Source: Eledone cirrhosa (lineage: Eukaryota). From it: a stretch of DNA of 64,000 bases. The notes under the pieces were generated by a model. That model worked only from the letters and a program-made list of their open reading frames with translations. It was not told the origin of the DNA and searched no databases. Below, in pieces: positions 41,270-56,259 of this stretch. Every line of letters starts with the position of its first letter. Positions within the stretch are counted from its first letter, which is position 1. Position numbers and translations under genes: made by a program. The stretch is from the NCBI GenBank assembly GCA_964016885.1, contig OZ024741.1, positions 149,234,001 to 149,298,000 of the forward strand. Direction: 5' to 3'.

Positions 41270-41880
41270 TGTATCTCTGTGAACCTAATGGATTCAATAT
41301 AACCTGCCCTAGTCAGTACGTTGTTATAATATTCAACATGTTGGTTAAATATCTAAGCATTAGCCAACAGAGCGGATATTCTGTCAGATACACACTTTAT
41401 GATGGAATTTAACACTGACTTAGAGTGATAGGGTGGTAATTCACATACTGGAGACTTTCACTAGGCTTGTAGTATGGTCGGTACAGTCAAATGTTTTGTT
41501 CTAGGGTCATGCCAAGAAAGTTAACAGTTCTAGTTGTCTGTTTTATTTCTATGTCAAGTCCTATATTTATAAAGAAAAGCCTAAATTTTTTGCTTTGTCT
41601 TTTTAGTTGGTTGGCATCATGGTTTTGGAAGGTAAAAATGGTGTTGTCTCTATACAGCCTGCCCCCAATCTCTGGGAACTCCAGCCAAATATTATGGAGT
41701 AGGTAGATTCCTACTATGTCACTGATTTGCACTGAGCCACTGGAGCCTATGGATATAAAGGAATACTGGATTAGCACTTTATTTAGTACTAAAAAATGAA
41801 ATGTAAAGTTGGCTTTGGTAGTTTTGAACTCAAAGTGCAGAGAGGCAGAATAAATACTGCAAAGCATTCTGTCATTGTTC
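41270..41880 (-). mobile_element. Decayed Penelope-like RT fragment
   Basis: GSSGSVQISDIVGIYLL...LYRDN(D)...VNFLGMTL...YRPYYKP. Probably the same element as 40100-40845. Confidence 0.65.
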
Positions 41881-42099
41881 TAACATCTTTGTCAATTTGC
41901 TACATTTATATATGTGAATATATATATATATTTATATATATTCTTAGAAAATGTAAGTACCCCAAATGCAGAAAATAACTATAACTACAGACAATTGCTA
42001 TAAATAATAGCTTAGAAAATCAAGTAAATATCCTTATGGATGGAAAAAAATTATCAGTAGCCACTACAGAGAAACAAACTCCATATCCTTCAAATTCTG

Positions 42100-43640
42100 G
42101 CTAAGTGACCATTGAGCTGAATGACAACAGAAAGCTATAGGAAGATTTGGGATGAGGTGATAAAAGCTGAACTTGCACAATTGCACCTCTCAAAGGCGAT
42201 GGCACAGGATCGTGATCTCTGGCGTTATGCAGTAATACAGAAGACCCCCGCCCTTCCATATGCAGGAGCTGAGGCATACATCTAGTATGCACCACCTTCC
42301 CTGCCTTGCTGTAATCACTCAACCCCTATATCTACCTCCCCAATTCCCCACGCATCTCCCCTACCAAGTCCCCAATCCACACCATAATGTGGTCATCCTG
42401 GAGCCATGAAAATAAGTGCCCAGTCCACACTGTAAAATGGTCATGTAGGTGTCAAAACAAAAAGCACCCTGCCCACTCTGTAAAGTGGTTGTGTTGGCAA
42501 CACGACAAAAAGTGCCCAGCCTGTGCTCAGTCCACATTGTAAAGTGGTCATGTTGGTGACAACAAAAAGCATCCAGTCCACACTGTTATGCGGTTGTGTA
42601 GGAGTCCCGATAAAAAGCGCCAAGCTCACACTGTAAAGTGGTCATATAGGTGTGATGACAAAAAGCACCCAGTACACACTGTAAATGTGGTTGGCATTAA
42701 GAAGGACATCCAACCGTAGAAACCAAGCCAAACCCAGTTCTGTATGAACAAAACACGGTCCTCTGACCTGGTTATCTCAATGGGACAGCACCTCCTACCC
42801 ATCCTAGCATGGAAAATGAACATTAAACGATAATGATGATGATTTCTATATAAACTATCAGAGTGTTGGATGGTTTTGAAATTCTTAGCAAATGTAGGAA
42901 TCAAAATGTAGCAAATATTGGAATCCTAAAAGCAGAAAATAACTGTAACTATTGCCAATTGTTATAAATAATAGCTTAGAAATCAGGTAAAATACTCTAT
43001 GGATGGGGAAAATATGGTAATGAAAAAGTTGAAGTACTACCTGAGCATTGGGTTCACAGTTCATGGTCAATTGTTGGGAGTTCTTATGCTCTTGCAAAAT
43101 TTATGCCATGGCACATTTAGTCATGTAATCTTCAGCTTGATTACCACCAGTTATCTGCCACTCATTGTGAACATTGACCATTCCATAATCACTTGTAAAC
43201 AATTAAATAGGTAGTAAACAACCAAACATGGACCACTCCCTAGACACCTGTACCATACTTTAGTCACCTGTAATGGATAAAAACAAGTGGTAAACAACAA
43301 AACATAGACCACTCCATAATTGCTTGCAAAAGTGTGGGTAGTGCTGGTGTTGCAATAAAACACACACAGCCTACTCTGTAAAGTAGTCATACTGGTGTCA
43401 TGATAAAAATAACAGCCAGTTCGTCCTGCAAGGTGCTATGATAAAAAACACCCAGTCCACACTGTAAGGTAAGTAGTGCAGGTGCCACAATAAAATGCTC
43501 CCAATGCATGCTGTAAAGTGCTGGCATTAGAAAAGGCATCCAGCTGTAGAAACCAAGCCAAAAAAGGAACATATGATCAAGATGAGGTCATCTGACAGGT
43601 CTAGCCGTAGAACATGACAACCCATCTAACCTTCGCATGG
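42100..43640 (+). mobile_element. Two RTE 3'-end / RTE-tailed fragments (~42100-42843 and ~43340-43640)
   Basis: Tandem cacactgtaaagtgg units, ggcatccagctgtagaaaccaagcc and a (GAT)n end, as in the RTE 3' UTRs. Confidence 0.7.
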
Positions 43641-45661
43641 GTTTTTTTCTTTGATAGTGATGCTACTAATATGTTTATTAAACATAATATAAACATATTA
43701 TGTTTTCATATACACTCCTATAATGCTTAAATGCCGTTTTAGTGCTACTGCCAATTAATTATAAACAGCCAAGTTCACACTATTTGCAAATGAACATTTC
43801 CAGCCGATGTTTTCTATTTGCTATATGAAAATTAACATCACCAGTAAATGTTCATCACACAAAATTCTATATAGACTATGGTCTATTTTCATGTTATTAC
43901 TGGTTGAATGAATGTCACTGATGAAAGATTAACAAATCTTAAAACAGCACTGCCTGACATTCTCAACTGCTACTGACACACTGTGATGTATTCATAGATA
44001 AAAAATAATTTTTTTGTTACGAAAAAATATTTTTTCTTTGATAGCAAGGCTACCAATATGTTTATTGTATATAAACATATAGTATATGCTTTCATATACA
44101 TCCCTATTATACATATATGGCCATTTCTGTGAATTGTAAAGGCACACAATAAACATCCTGTAATTTTATTTTGCGTACATAACTGGCTACCAAATTAAAC
44201 TGTTGTGCATACAATGTATCCTCAGAAACTATTTTCGTAGCAATGTATGTGGATGACAGTGGAATAAATTGGTGAAAACTTTGGGTACTTAGAAGAGTTT
44301 GTGCTTTAGATAACCATTTTCCTAGGCAACCTCACAACAAACATGAAGCTAATGCCATTTATGTTTTGTTGGCAAAACTGGAACATATCTAATGTTGAGA
44401 GGATTTTATCACTTGATACATATTTTAAACTAGCTTTTGCTGTTATTCATTTTGTAGTGCCACTAATTCCATCACAAACAGACATCCCTTGTCTTGTAGC
44501 AAAAATATTCCACATGCATTTGAAATTGAAATCTTCGAAGTGGTTATATAAATTAAGAAAATGTCTACAGTTCATTTTCTGAGCAACACAACCACTCGAA
44601 AAATAATGGATATTAAAAATATTCTACTTAACATAGGAAACAGGCTTGAACATAACTTTCAAAACAAAACACACATCATGCTTAAGATCTAGATTTAAAT
44701 TCAGTGTCATGTTTATATTAAATAACAATAGGGTGTACTTGACTGCTTATTCTAACGACAATCACTTTACAGGAATTGCTAGCTATAATTTATCATGACA
44801 CCAGTACTACAGAGATTGTCACATACTCATCCAGACTGAAGGATCTTCGCAAACCCTACACTGTCTCTGTTTAATCACCAACACTGTAGCCTCCATTCGC
44901 CCACTACATTTATTTTTTGTGTCGCGGTGCTTGTAGGGGCTGGGGGTGGCAATTCTTTTGTATTATGGCATATTGTGTCAACTCGGTCACGTATCATCTC
45001 CTTTATGGGGTCCAATTTCTTGAGGTCATTCTTCACAACTTCATCCCATGTTTTCGTAGGTTTCCCTCGTTTACAGGTCCCATGCACTTCAAGCGCTGGG
45101 CACTTTTTAATACAAATCTCGTGCTCCAGTGCAAACATCTCTCTTGCACACTACAATATATTTATGAAAATTGTAATTTGGAAAAATAAATAAACTTACT
45201 TTTATTAGGAAGTTAGTCTTTGATAATCACCTTGGTTCCTCAAAGCATAATTTAGTTTCGGAGATAACATTTTAGTTTTGCTAGAAGCAATATAAATGTA
45301 AAAAAAATATTAGTGGAAAATTTGACTATTTTCTTGAGGAAATTACAGTGTAAGAGTGAAATATGTTGTTCTACCTTGTCAAGTGTCTGCTAATTGTCTT
45401 TCGGTAGCGTCATGCTTTGTCCTTGAATAATATGATGGATAAACTCTGTTCTCCAAGAAAACCTGGTTGAGCTCTAATTGTGTCAGAGATTATATATATT
45501 CTCTTTTGACTGTCAAACTGGCATATCTTACTAGGTACTCAGAGCTCCTCGACATCAGTTGCTGTTATCAACACACCGTTGTAAAGTGTATGTCACCGAT
45601 CGGTGTTACTTCCGGTTTTGTCTCTTATGAAGAACTATCCATTTGACTCTGTGTGTGTGTA

Positions 45662-47346
<1,685 letters not shown>

Positions 47347-47384
47347 AAGTGTATGTGTGTGTGGTATTATTATACAACACACCA

Positions 47385-47787
47385 GGGCGGTGGGTTGGTA
47401 GTATCGCTAGAGGGTCAGACGCCATGCTTTGATATATAGAGTTACGGCCCTTGCCATTCTGAGTTCAAATCCCGCCGAGGTTAACTTTGCCTTTCATCCT
47501 TACCGGGTCGATAAAATAAAGTACCAGTCACATTCTGGGTAATTGCTGGCCTTGTACCAAAAGTAGAAACAATTATTATACAACACCCCAGAGGGCGGTG
47601 GATTGGCAGTATAAGTAGAGGATCTGTTGCCATGCTTTGCAGCATAGAGTTACATCCCTTTACGATTTGAGTTCAAAACTCGTTGAGGTTAATTTTGCTT
47701 TTCATCCTTACGGGGTTGATAAAATAAAGTACCAGTAATGCACTGGGATAATTGCTGGCCTTGTGCCAAAAGTAGAAACAATTATTA
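47385..47787 (+). mobile_element. Two tandem tRNA-related SINE copies (~47385-47578 and ~47593-47787)
   Basis: gggcggtgg..tgg...gagttcaaa (B box)...gaggttaactttgcctttcatcc...aaaagtagaaacaattatta, repeated twice. Confidence 0.75.
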
Positions 47788-47854
47788 TCCCACATCCCAC
47801 TTGATTTCAGTGAGTAAATGTTTTTCTTGTGTGCTATTAACTAATCTAACCTCC

Positions 47855-48309
47855 AAGATGCTGGCAATCAACTTTTTCCCCGGAGAACAGAATGGGTGGG
47901 GAGACCCACCCTCTCGGATAACCACCCCCTTGTATAACCGCCCTCTCCTCAGAGTTTTCCCTACAATATTATTTCACGTGTTATCAACGAATATTACCTC
48001 CAAACCAGTCAGAAACAACTAGCTTTGTACAAAAAGGTCGAGGGAAAGGGGCGAAAAGACCATTGGAGTTTCGCAGATCTACTCACCTCTCGCATTTGGT
48101 GGGAAATAATTATCTTTCCTTGATTTTTTTACTGGACCTCTTAGATGATTGCAATAGACTTCTTTTCTCAGATTAGAGTTAGGCTTAGGTTTAGGGGTAA
48201 TTTTAAGGTTAGGGTTAGGTTTACGGTTAGTTTTAGGGTTATGATTAGTTTTCAGGGAAAAAAGTCGATTGTAAGTATCTAAGTGCAGAAACAAACAAGG
48301 AAAGGTAAT
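47855..48309. mobile_element. Second foldback element with (TTAGGG)-like core; right end displaced to 51135-51196 by LTR element insertion
   Basis: Homologous to 13300-13772. Centre ttagagttaggcttaggtttagggg...ttagggttaggttt. Confidence 0.65.
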
Positions 48310-51134
48310 TGTCATGATGAAGTGAAGGGACCTACCTTTGCGTCTCCACTTGAATCTGGACTGAATCTCCCGGCGCGGATGTTCACCTGTTTTAAGTCCA
48401 GCCAAAAAATACATGAGATGTGCAACATGCATTCGAGGCCTTGACTCAGACTTCTTTGCTCACTTGTATGAACACATTCTCTCTTCCACAGATTGTTGTA
48501 ATAATGTGCACAGATTTCGCCATTCATATCTATATATTACCCTATGTGGCACCAACTCCTTGGCCTGTCCTATTGGAGGCTATATGTTGTACCAGAACAT
48601 CGCCTCCATTGGTGAAATCTGTCCCCTCACAGCCATGGCCTTGATCGTGCGATGGTGTCTCTCAACAATCCCATTTCCACTAAGCCTGTACACAGCTCTG
48701 AAGAAGCCTCTCACATTCCACCATCAAGCATCTCCTCCTGCACCTCCGAGTGAAATGCCTTACTATTATCCATCAACAGTTCATCCACAGGGTCCCCGCT
48801 TTAACAATAACTCTTTCAGGATCCATGCGATTTACTCCACAGTCTCTGTCATCATCTCCCTCCATATTGCCATCTTCCCCAGTCCATAATCAACCATCAA
48901 GAGAGGCATCTCCTGACAGTAGTGTGTCATGTCCACTACCAATCGCTTCCAATTGTGCCCCACTGGGATGTTACCTATTTCATGCACGCCCGGGTGGGGT
49001 CGATAAACTGAAATCTGTCGCAACTCATGACCACTTTCTGGACACTCTGTCTGTTAACGTCAGAGTCGACTTTCCTGGCTAAGAACAGGGTCATATCCAT
49101 TCACATATGATGTATGGTATACAACCTTCTCAACTCCAAATCACTCAGCCGACACACTGCAGCTATTCCCTTTTCTGCATCCTCTGGCACTTCCAGCCAG
49201 GCTTTCTTCACCCTGATTAGGATGTTCGCCATATTCATCTCTGAATGCACAAACACCACACTCAACTTCAGGCCAACCTCAGCAGCCAGCTCTCCCAGAG
49301 TTCCTAAGCGATGCTTTATTAACATTTCTGCTGCCCCATTTCCTCTCCAAAATACCAGTGTGCCCACCTTGTCTCTTCATAATTTGAGTCCCAGTGCAGT
49401 TCCTCCTTTCATTGCCTCTGGCAGTTTCGTGGTTAACCTGAACTTTCTTAGGTAGCTTGAGACCTCTGTTGCCAACACCATGATCTCATCTACCAAGATA
49501 TTGCCGATGTAGGAATTGGTGACCCTCTTCACCTTGTCAACCTTACCCAGAATGGCCTTGAGAACCATCGCTATGATCTTTGGTGCCAAATTTAAATCGA
49601 ATCCCAGCCTGGTCAGGCAGTATTCCTGGCCCTTATACCTGACCAACTGATACTTCCACAGTTTCTCAGATATGTGTAACAACAGATATGCCGACTTAAG
49701 TTGACAAATGTGGAGTCCTCCATCATTTGTCTCCACTCTCATAAGGTTTCCCACAGACATCTGTGACCTCACCGCCTGTGTGGCATGACACGTGTTCATT
49801 CAGTTCATGAAAGTCCAGCACCGGTCTGACCTTGTTCTTCGTTGGTTACACTACTGGCATTAATGGCAACACTCTGTTCTTTATCTCTGCCTTCCAAAGG
49901 ATTAATATGCCCTCCTCTATCCATCTTTGCACCTCTCCCTCAAACTCGCTCCTAGCATCCCCTTTCCAGGTATACTGATAACAGCTCACTCTATTCTTCA
50001 ATGTCAGGGGCTCTCCTTTCCAGTACTACTCAACTATCCACTGCTGACCATCGAATACAGCCCAGAAATCCTTGTTGTGTATGTTATGAACAGCACATTT
50101 TTCTTCATGGATCTCTCTGTTCCCCTGTTGCACGCTCACAGTGCATGGTGTTCCCACACTACCAAACATTACCCCGTCCTCTCTCATTATAACGCCTCCT
50201 AAGCAGCCAATCATATCCATGCCCATTACCACATTAATTCCATCTACCACTTGATCGATCACGATTGCCCGCAGGGACTCTTCTCCCCTCATCGTTTGTC
50301 GATCGTTGCCGACTGCCATGGGCTTCCATCACTGCTAATACTATGTGTCATTATGCAGGCCTGTGTGATTAGCTCGCTCATGGCCATTTTGTTGTTGCCC
50401 GGCAACTATTGGAACCTCACCGAAATTTTGTCAGGGAAATCATTCACAAGCGCTATCCACATTCGAGATTCCCTCCTGTGAATTTGGCTAGCGTAGCCAA
50501 TCTCCAGATTTCTGCTGCAAATATGTCCACCTGCTCTCCCATTCATCTCACTTTGCCTAGTTTGGTGAAGGCAACATAAAGTCCTTCAGTGAATGCTTTT
50601 TTAAGACACTGCTCTATCTTCTCCACATTTAATTGATCTGACTCATCTATTTCGAGGTATCAAGATACAGTGCCATGAAGCCAGCCACATTTTTGATGCC
50701 TTGCAGTGTGACGACCAATTTCATATTTCTAATCCAGGCGATAACATCCCCCTCACCGCTGAAGGCTTTCACTGCATCGCTACCTATTCTTATTTTCATC
50801 GCCATATCGTCTGCGAGATTGAAGAAAGTAAATAGTAAAAACAAAATAACAAAAAAAAAACGTTCCAAAAATAGCCTGGCATAAGGTAGCATAAGGATCT
50901 ACCTTTGCATCTTCACTTGAGTCCAGACTGAATCTACCTGCACAGATGTTCACCTGTTTTAAGTCTGGCCAAAAGATACAGAGTCTCTCACATACAAACA
51001 TAGTCCTCATGAACGTCAACATCCACACAGTACCGCATCCTGACCAAAGAGTGTGAAAGGGCCACAAACTCTGATATCACGTCACCCCACTCCCGCCAAG
51101 ACCTCTCCTGCACTTCCAGCACCCTATTCCCACA
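48310..51134 (-). mobile_element. Decayed Ty3/Gypsy-like LTR retrotransposon
   Basis: TG...CA ends with 5-bp TSD gtaat (48305-48309 / 51135-51139). LTR homology ~48310-48415 vs ~50877-50980. Minus-strand remnants in gag-PR-RT-RH-IN order: KAFSGEGDVIAWI, VVMGMD, LKSAY..YCLTRLGF..APK..YIGNILV, VHSEMNMANIL, WKRLVVDMTHY. Confidence 0.75.
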
Positions 51135-51239
51135 GTAATTATTTCCCCCCAAATGCAAGGGGTGTGTATATCTGCAAAATTCCGATGGTCTTTGCTAACA
51201 TATAGAATATCTTAAAGGGACGTATTGAAGCTAAGAAGT

Positions 51240-51830
51240 GAGTTTTGTTACTCTAGAGTTTCACCTTCACACTCGCAGGATTATGAGACAAGATTAAATT
51301 TTTCAGCCTGCGAGTATATATGTGTATAAGATGGATGTCAATGGATACGTTGGTGAGTGGGGTGAATAGGAGATGGGTTGTGTGAGTCTCCCGCAATATA
51401 TACAATCCAACACCCTTCATTAATTGGTGAGTTTTCCATGAAAACAGTGAATTATTCGGTATACAGATTGATATCATCTGGAGCGTGGGTATGCTTGAAA
51501 TAGCATAGGCTGAACTTCTTTGTATGCAGGCAGGGTAAGAACCACTGAATTAGGCTCTGCATCTTTACGCTATCCTCCAGCTGATGTTGTAATCTACAGT
51601 CCTCTTTCAGCTTCCAGACATGGCTATAGAGTTTCATTGTGTTTATTTTCTCCCGGTCCTGGAATGATGCCATATGGTTGTTATAATGTTCTTTAAACTA
51701 TTGTTCCATAAGGCCACATACCGTTTGAGGTTGGTGGTGTGGTCTGGATTTGTTTATCTGACTATTGCCTCATAAACTATGACCTCTGTCCTGTAGGCCC
51801 TCTCTAGAGGGCATGCATTTTTTATTCTAT
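51240..51830 (-). mobile_element. Decayed Penelope-like GIY-YIG fragment
   Basis: VYEA...YV...FKEHYNNHMASF...LYSHVWKLKE. A partial hammerhead stem III (GAAAcucuagagUA) lies at ~51249-51262. Confidence 0.6.
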
Positions 51831-53091
51831 TGACCAAGAAAAGTCAATGGGCCTGCAACTTGACACCTGGAGAGTCATGCCCATGCCATTCAACTGCGTC
51901 TTCAGGCACTTAACAGACTGACCAGTTAAATTGCTTGGGGTCTGGTTTGGACTGGTTTGAACTGGTTTGAACCTGGATATATTGACAAGGTTGACATAGA
52001 TAACTGAAGGACTCTTGCCTACACAGTCTGTATTAATATACAGAGTATGGATACATTGACAAAGTTGACATAAATAATTGAAATGTGGGTTGTCAAAAAT
52101 AAACTCAAAATTAAGCGAGACAAAATATATATATGCATACGTGTGTGTGTGAGTTTGTATTCCTATCATAGCTCATCATGTGATAATTATTTCCCCCACT
52201 TCGCACTTCTGGGACACCTCCCTTGATCTACCACTTTAATCCCCACCCTACATACATGCACCCACCCACCCACTTTCCACCTCTGAAGCACTCCTCTTGA
52301 CCAACCCATCTATACAAGCATGGAAAGATGAATACACTCTCCCAAAATGCTGATGAAATGGCTACAAGTACTCAGTCCACCCTGTAAGGTAGTCACACTG
52401 GTGATAAAACAAAAGCCTCTACTCCACCATGTAATGTGCTCATGCTGGTGCCATGACAAAAGAGCACCTCATCCTCCCTGTAAGGTAACATGACAAAATG
52501 GTACCTAGCCCTCACAACAAAAGCGTCCAGTCCAAACTGTAAAGGGGTTGTGCTGGTGACACGATAAAAGGTGCCTAATCCACACAGTAAAGTGGTCGTG
52601 TTGGTGTGCAGTACACAATGTAAATAGGGTTGACATAAGGAAGGGCATCCAACTGTAGAAACTAAGCCAGAAACAATTCTGTATGAGCATGACATGGTTA
52701 TCTGACCTGAATTGCCTCACAACAGGACAACTCCTCTAACCCATGCTAGCATGGAAAAATAGACGCTAAGCAAAGATGAAGGTGATGTTGATGATGATGA
52801 CCTATATTTTCAGATTTGTGAAATGAAGAATTCCTTCCAATACCACTGGATGGACAGTTCAAAGTGCTTTATTTTGCTTATGACCCAACAGTGTTAAGAG
52901 TTTTGAAATTAAGGTAAATTCAACAGATAGGCAGTATGACAGTAACTTATTGTTGACTACATGAATCGTGAGCTTCAATAATGCAATTTCATATTGTAGT
53001 TTCAACAACCTCTTGTTTATAGGAATATGAAGAGTTATTCTTCTTTCAGTTTCCATATATATTGAGGTATGGGGTAGATTTGATTTTATTT

Positions 53092-54575
53092 CTTGATCTC
53101 AAACACTGGGTGTTCTATATGTATTTAGTTCTATCTCTGTAGATCTCAAGCACAGAGTGTTCTATATGTATATAGTTCTATCTCTGTAGATCTCAAGCAC
53201 TGAGCGTTCTATATGTATTTAGTTCTATCTCTCTAGATCTCAAACACTGAGTGTTCTATATGTATATAGTTCTATCTCTGTAGATTTCAAGCACTGAGTG
53301 TTCTACATGTATTTAGCTCTATCTCTAGATCTCAAGCACTGAGTGTTCTACATGTATTTAGTTCTATCTCTGTAGATCTCAAGCACTGAGTGTTCTATAT
53401 GTATATAGTTCTATCTCTGTAGATCTCAAGCACTGAGCGTTCTATATGTATTTAGCTCTATCTCTAGATCTCAAGCACTGAGTGTTCTACATGTATTTAG
53501 CTCTATCTCTCTAGATCTCAAGCACTGAGTGTTCTATATGTATATAGTTCTATCTCTGTAGATCTCAAGCACTGAGCGTTCTATATGTATTTAGTTCTAT
53601 CTCTCTAGATCTGAAGCACTGAGTGTTCTATATGTATATAGTTCTCTCTCTGTAGATCTCAAGCACTGAGTGTTCTACATGTATATAGTTCTATCTCTCT
53701 AGATCTCAAGCACTGAGTGTTCTACATGTATTTAGTTCTATCTCTGTAGATCTCAAGCACTGAGTGTTCTATATGTATTTAGTTCTATCTCTCTAGATCT
53801 CAAGCACTGAGTGTTCTATATGTATTTAGTTCTATCTCTGTAGATCTCAAGCACTGAGTGTTCTATATGTATTTAGTTCTATCTCTCTAGATCTCAAGCA
53901 CTGAGTGTTCTATATGTATTTAGTTCTATCTCTCTAGATCTCAAGCACTGAGTGTTCTATATGTATTTAGTTCTATCTCTGTAGATCTCAAGCACTGAGT
54001 GTTCTACATGTATTTAGTTCTATCTCTGTAGATCTCAAGCACTGAGTGTTCTATATGTATTTAGCTCTATCTCTCTAGATCTCAAGCACTGAGTGTTCTA
54101 TATGTATATAGTTCTATCTCTGTAGATTTCAAGCACTGAGTGTTCTACATGTATTTAGCTCTATCTCTCTAGATCTCAAGCACTGAGCGTTCTATATGTA
54201 TATAGTTCTATCTTTCTAGATCTCAAGCACTGAGTGTTCTATATGTATATAGTTCTATCTCTGTAGATTTCAAGCACTGAGTGTTCTACATGTATTTAGC
54301 TCTATCTCTCTAGATCTCAAGCACTGAGCGTTCTATATGTATATAGTTCTATCTCTCTAGATCTCAAGCACTGAGTGTTCTATATGTATATAGTTCTATC
54401 TCTGTAGATTTCAAGCACTGAGTGTTCTACATGTATTTAGTTCTATCTCTGTAGATCTCAAGCACTGAGAGTTCTATATGTATATAGTTCCATCTCTGTA
54501 GATCTCAAGCACTGAGAGTTCTATATGTATATAGTTTCATCGCTCTAGATCTCAAACACTGAGTGTTCTACATGC
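53092..54575. repeat. 47-bp tandem satellite, ~31 copies
   Basis: Unit agatctcaagcactgagtgttctatatgtatttagttctatctctgt. Confidence 0.96.
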
Positions 54576-55119
54576 TTTTAGTTCTGTTTTGTTTTCAGAC
54601 ATAATGTTGTTGTTATTGTTGTTTCTTAAGGACAAACAACATAACAACAATACCAGCACAACTGCGATCAAAAGCATTCCACCTATGTTTCCATTCCCAG
54701 TTTTGTTTCCCATTATAATTTTAAGGACAAACAACAACAATAACAAAAATAACTTCAATAAGACCATCAACAACCACCTACAATAAAAAACACCTACAAC
54801 AACAGAAGCAGCGATAAAAAGCAGCAAATAACAATAAGAACACCACCATCAACAGCAACATAACAATAGCAGTGGAACTGAGATCAAAAGCATTTTAGTC
54901 ATGATCCCACAGCCAATGTTGTTTTCAGACACAATATTGTTTGTCAAATATTATTGAGTGAAGCGCATTCCAACCATGACTATCACTGCTCTACTGGGGG
55001 CACATGTGTTTATATATATTAGCAGAGGAATTAAGAAATAGAGGAGAAAGGAGAAGGGAGAGTGTATAGGCAGGTAGAGTTGATGGGAAAAGAAATTTTA
55101 TTGGGAGAAAATCTTAGAG

Positions 55120-55933
55120 GACATGGTAATGGAGCTGTACAGATCAAAGCAAACTCTTTGTTCCCAAACAAAGCTGTTTATCCACTATTTAATGTATAGT
55201 GTCCACTCTGGGTTGCAACTCGTATTTATAATATGTTTTTTTCTGAAAATTCATTGAGTGAATGGATGCAGGATAGGCTAGACGTAATCTAAACATGTAG
55301 CTCATTATACTTAATTATTAAACGCCACCAGATGACAAACATGGCTTTAATCGTAAGTTAAACATTATATTCGTTCGATTTTTATGTATTTTTGCATTTC
55401 TCTCTTTGTTGTTCACAACATAACCAACCAGGAAGAGAGTCTTGGCGAATCTTCAACCATTTGAATTTTACCTCCAACAATCTGCTTATTCCTAAAGGCT
55501 GAATTCTATTTCCTTCTTCATGATTCTGCATGATTCACATGATTCTGCCACAGTATAAAACTGCTATCACTGCCACTGTGGTTTCACTTTGACACCGGCA
55601 GTCGCCTGGATGAAATCCCTCCCGTTAGTATTAGGACTGAACTCTGCCGATGATTTACCCCATCAGTCCTAATCATGTAGTTTTTGTAATTTTTTAGTAT
55701 TATTGTATGACTTCTGATGCACCCACTGCACGCAGGACACGGTAATGAAACTGTACAGTTCAGAGCAAACTTTTTGTTCCCATACTAAGCCATTTATCCA
55801 CTATTTAACATAGAGTGTCCACTATCGGTTGCATATTCTTATTTACAGCATGCAAGTTTTGGAAATTCACTAAGTGAGTGGATGGCGGCTTGGCTAGACG
55901 TAATCTAAATTATAGCTCATTCTACTTAATTAT
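55120..55933 (+). repeat. ~200-bp direct repeat (55120-55320 and 55737-55933) with degenerate hammerhead at ~55711-55766
   Basis: CUGAUGC...GAAA-cuguacag-UU. Partial tandem arrangement resembles Penelope pseudo-LTRs. Confidence 0.45.
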
Positions 55934-55947
55934 ATATATATATATAT

Positions 55948-56188
55948 ATAGTATAAAAAAACGAAAAATCAGTGATGCATCTGGACTCAGTTTATTGCGT
56001 GTTACAATTGTTTTGCCGGCAGGTAGCTTGAGACATGATCACTGTATGGATCTGGCTGATTCTACTAGGTAGATGCATCACTGATTTTTCGTTTTTTTTA
56101 TACTATCCACACTCTACTCTGTATGAATATTGAGTGCTAATTTTGGCATACCGCCTATGGAAGCACCATAGCTACCATTATACACAAG

Positions 56189-56190
<2 letters not shown>
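55948..56190. repeat. Short inverted repeat (arms ~55948-55982 and ~56071-56106) with Penelope-like tail
   Basis: tagtataaaaaaacgaaaaatcagtgatgcatct / agatgcatcactgatttttcgtttttttatacta, then cacactctact...tattgagtgc, similar to the 60931 tail. Confidence 0.7.
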
Positions 56191-56225
<35 letters not shown>

Positions 56226-56259
56226 TCTGTGGTGCTGAGACTGATATATATATATATAT

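Noticed and set aside
52814-52913. Plus-strand exon-like segment (ttttcag|...|gtaaat)
   Set aside because: All three frames contain stops and no partner exons were found.
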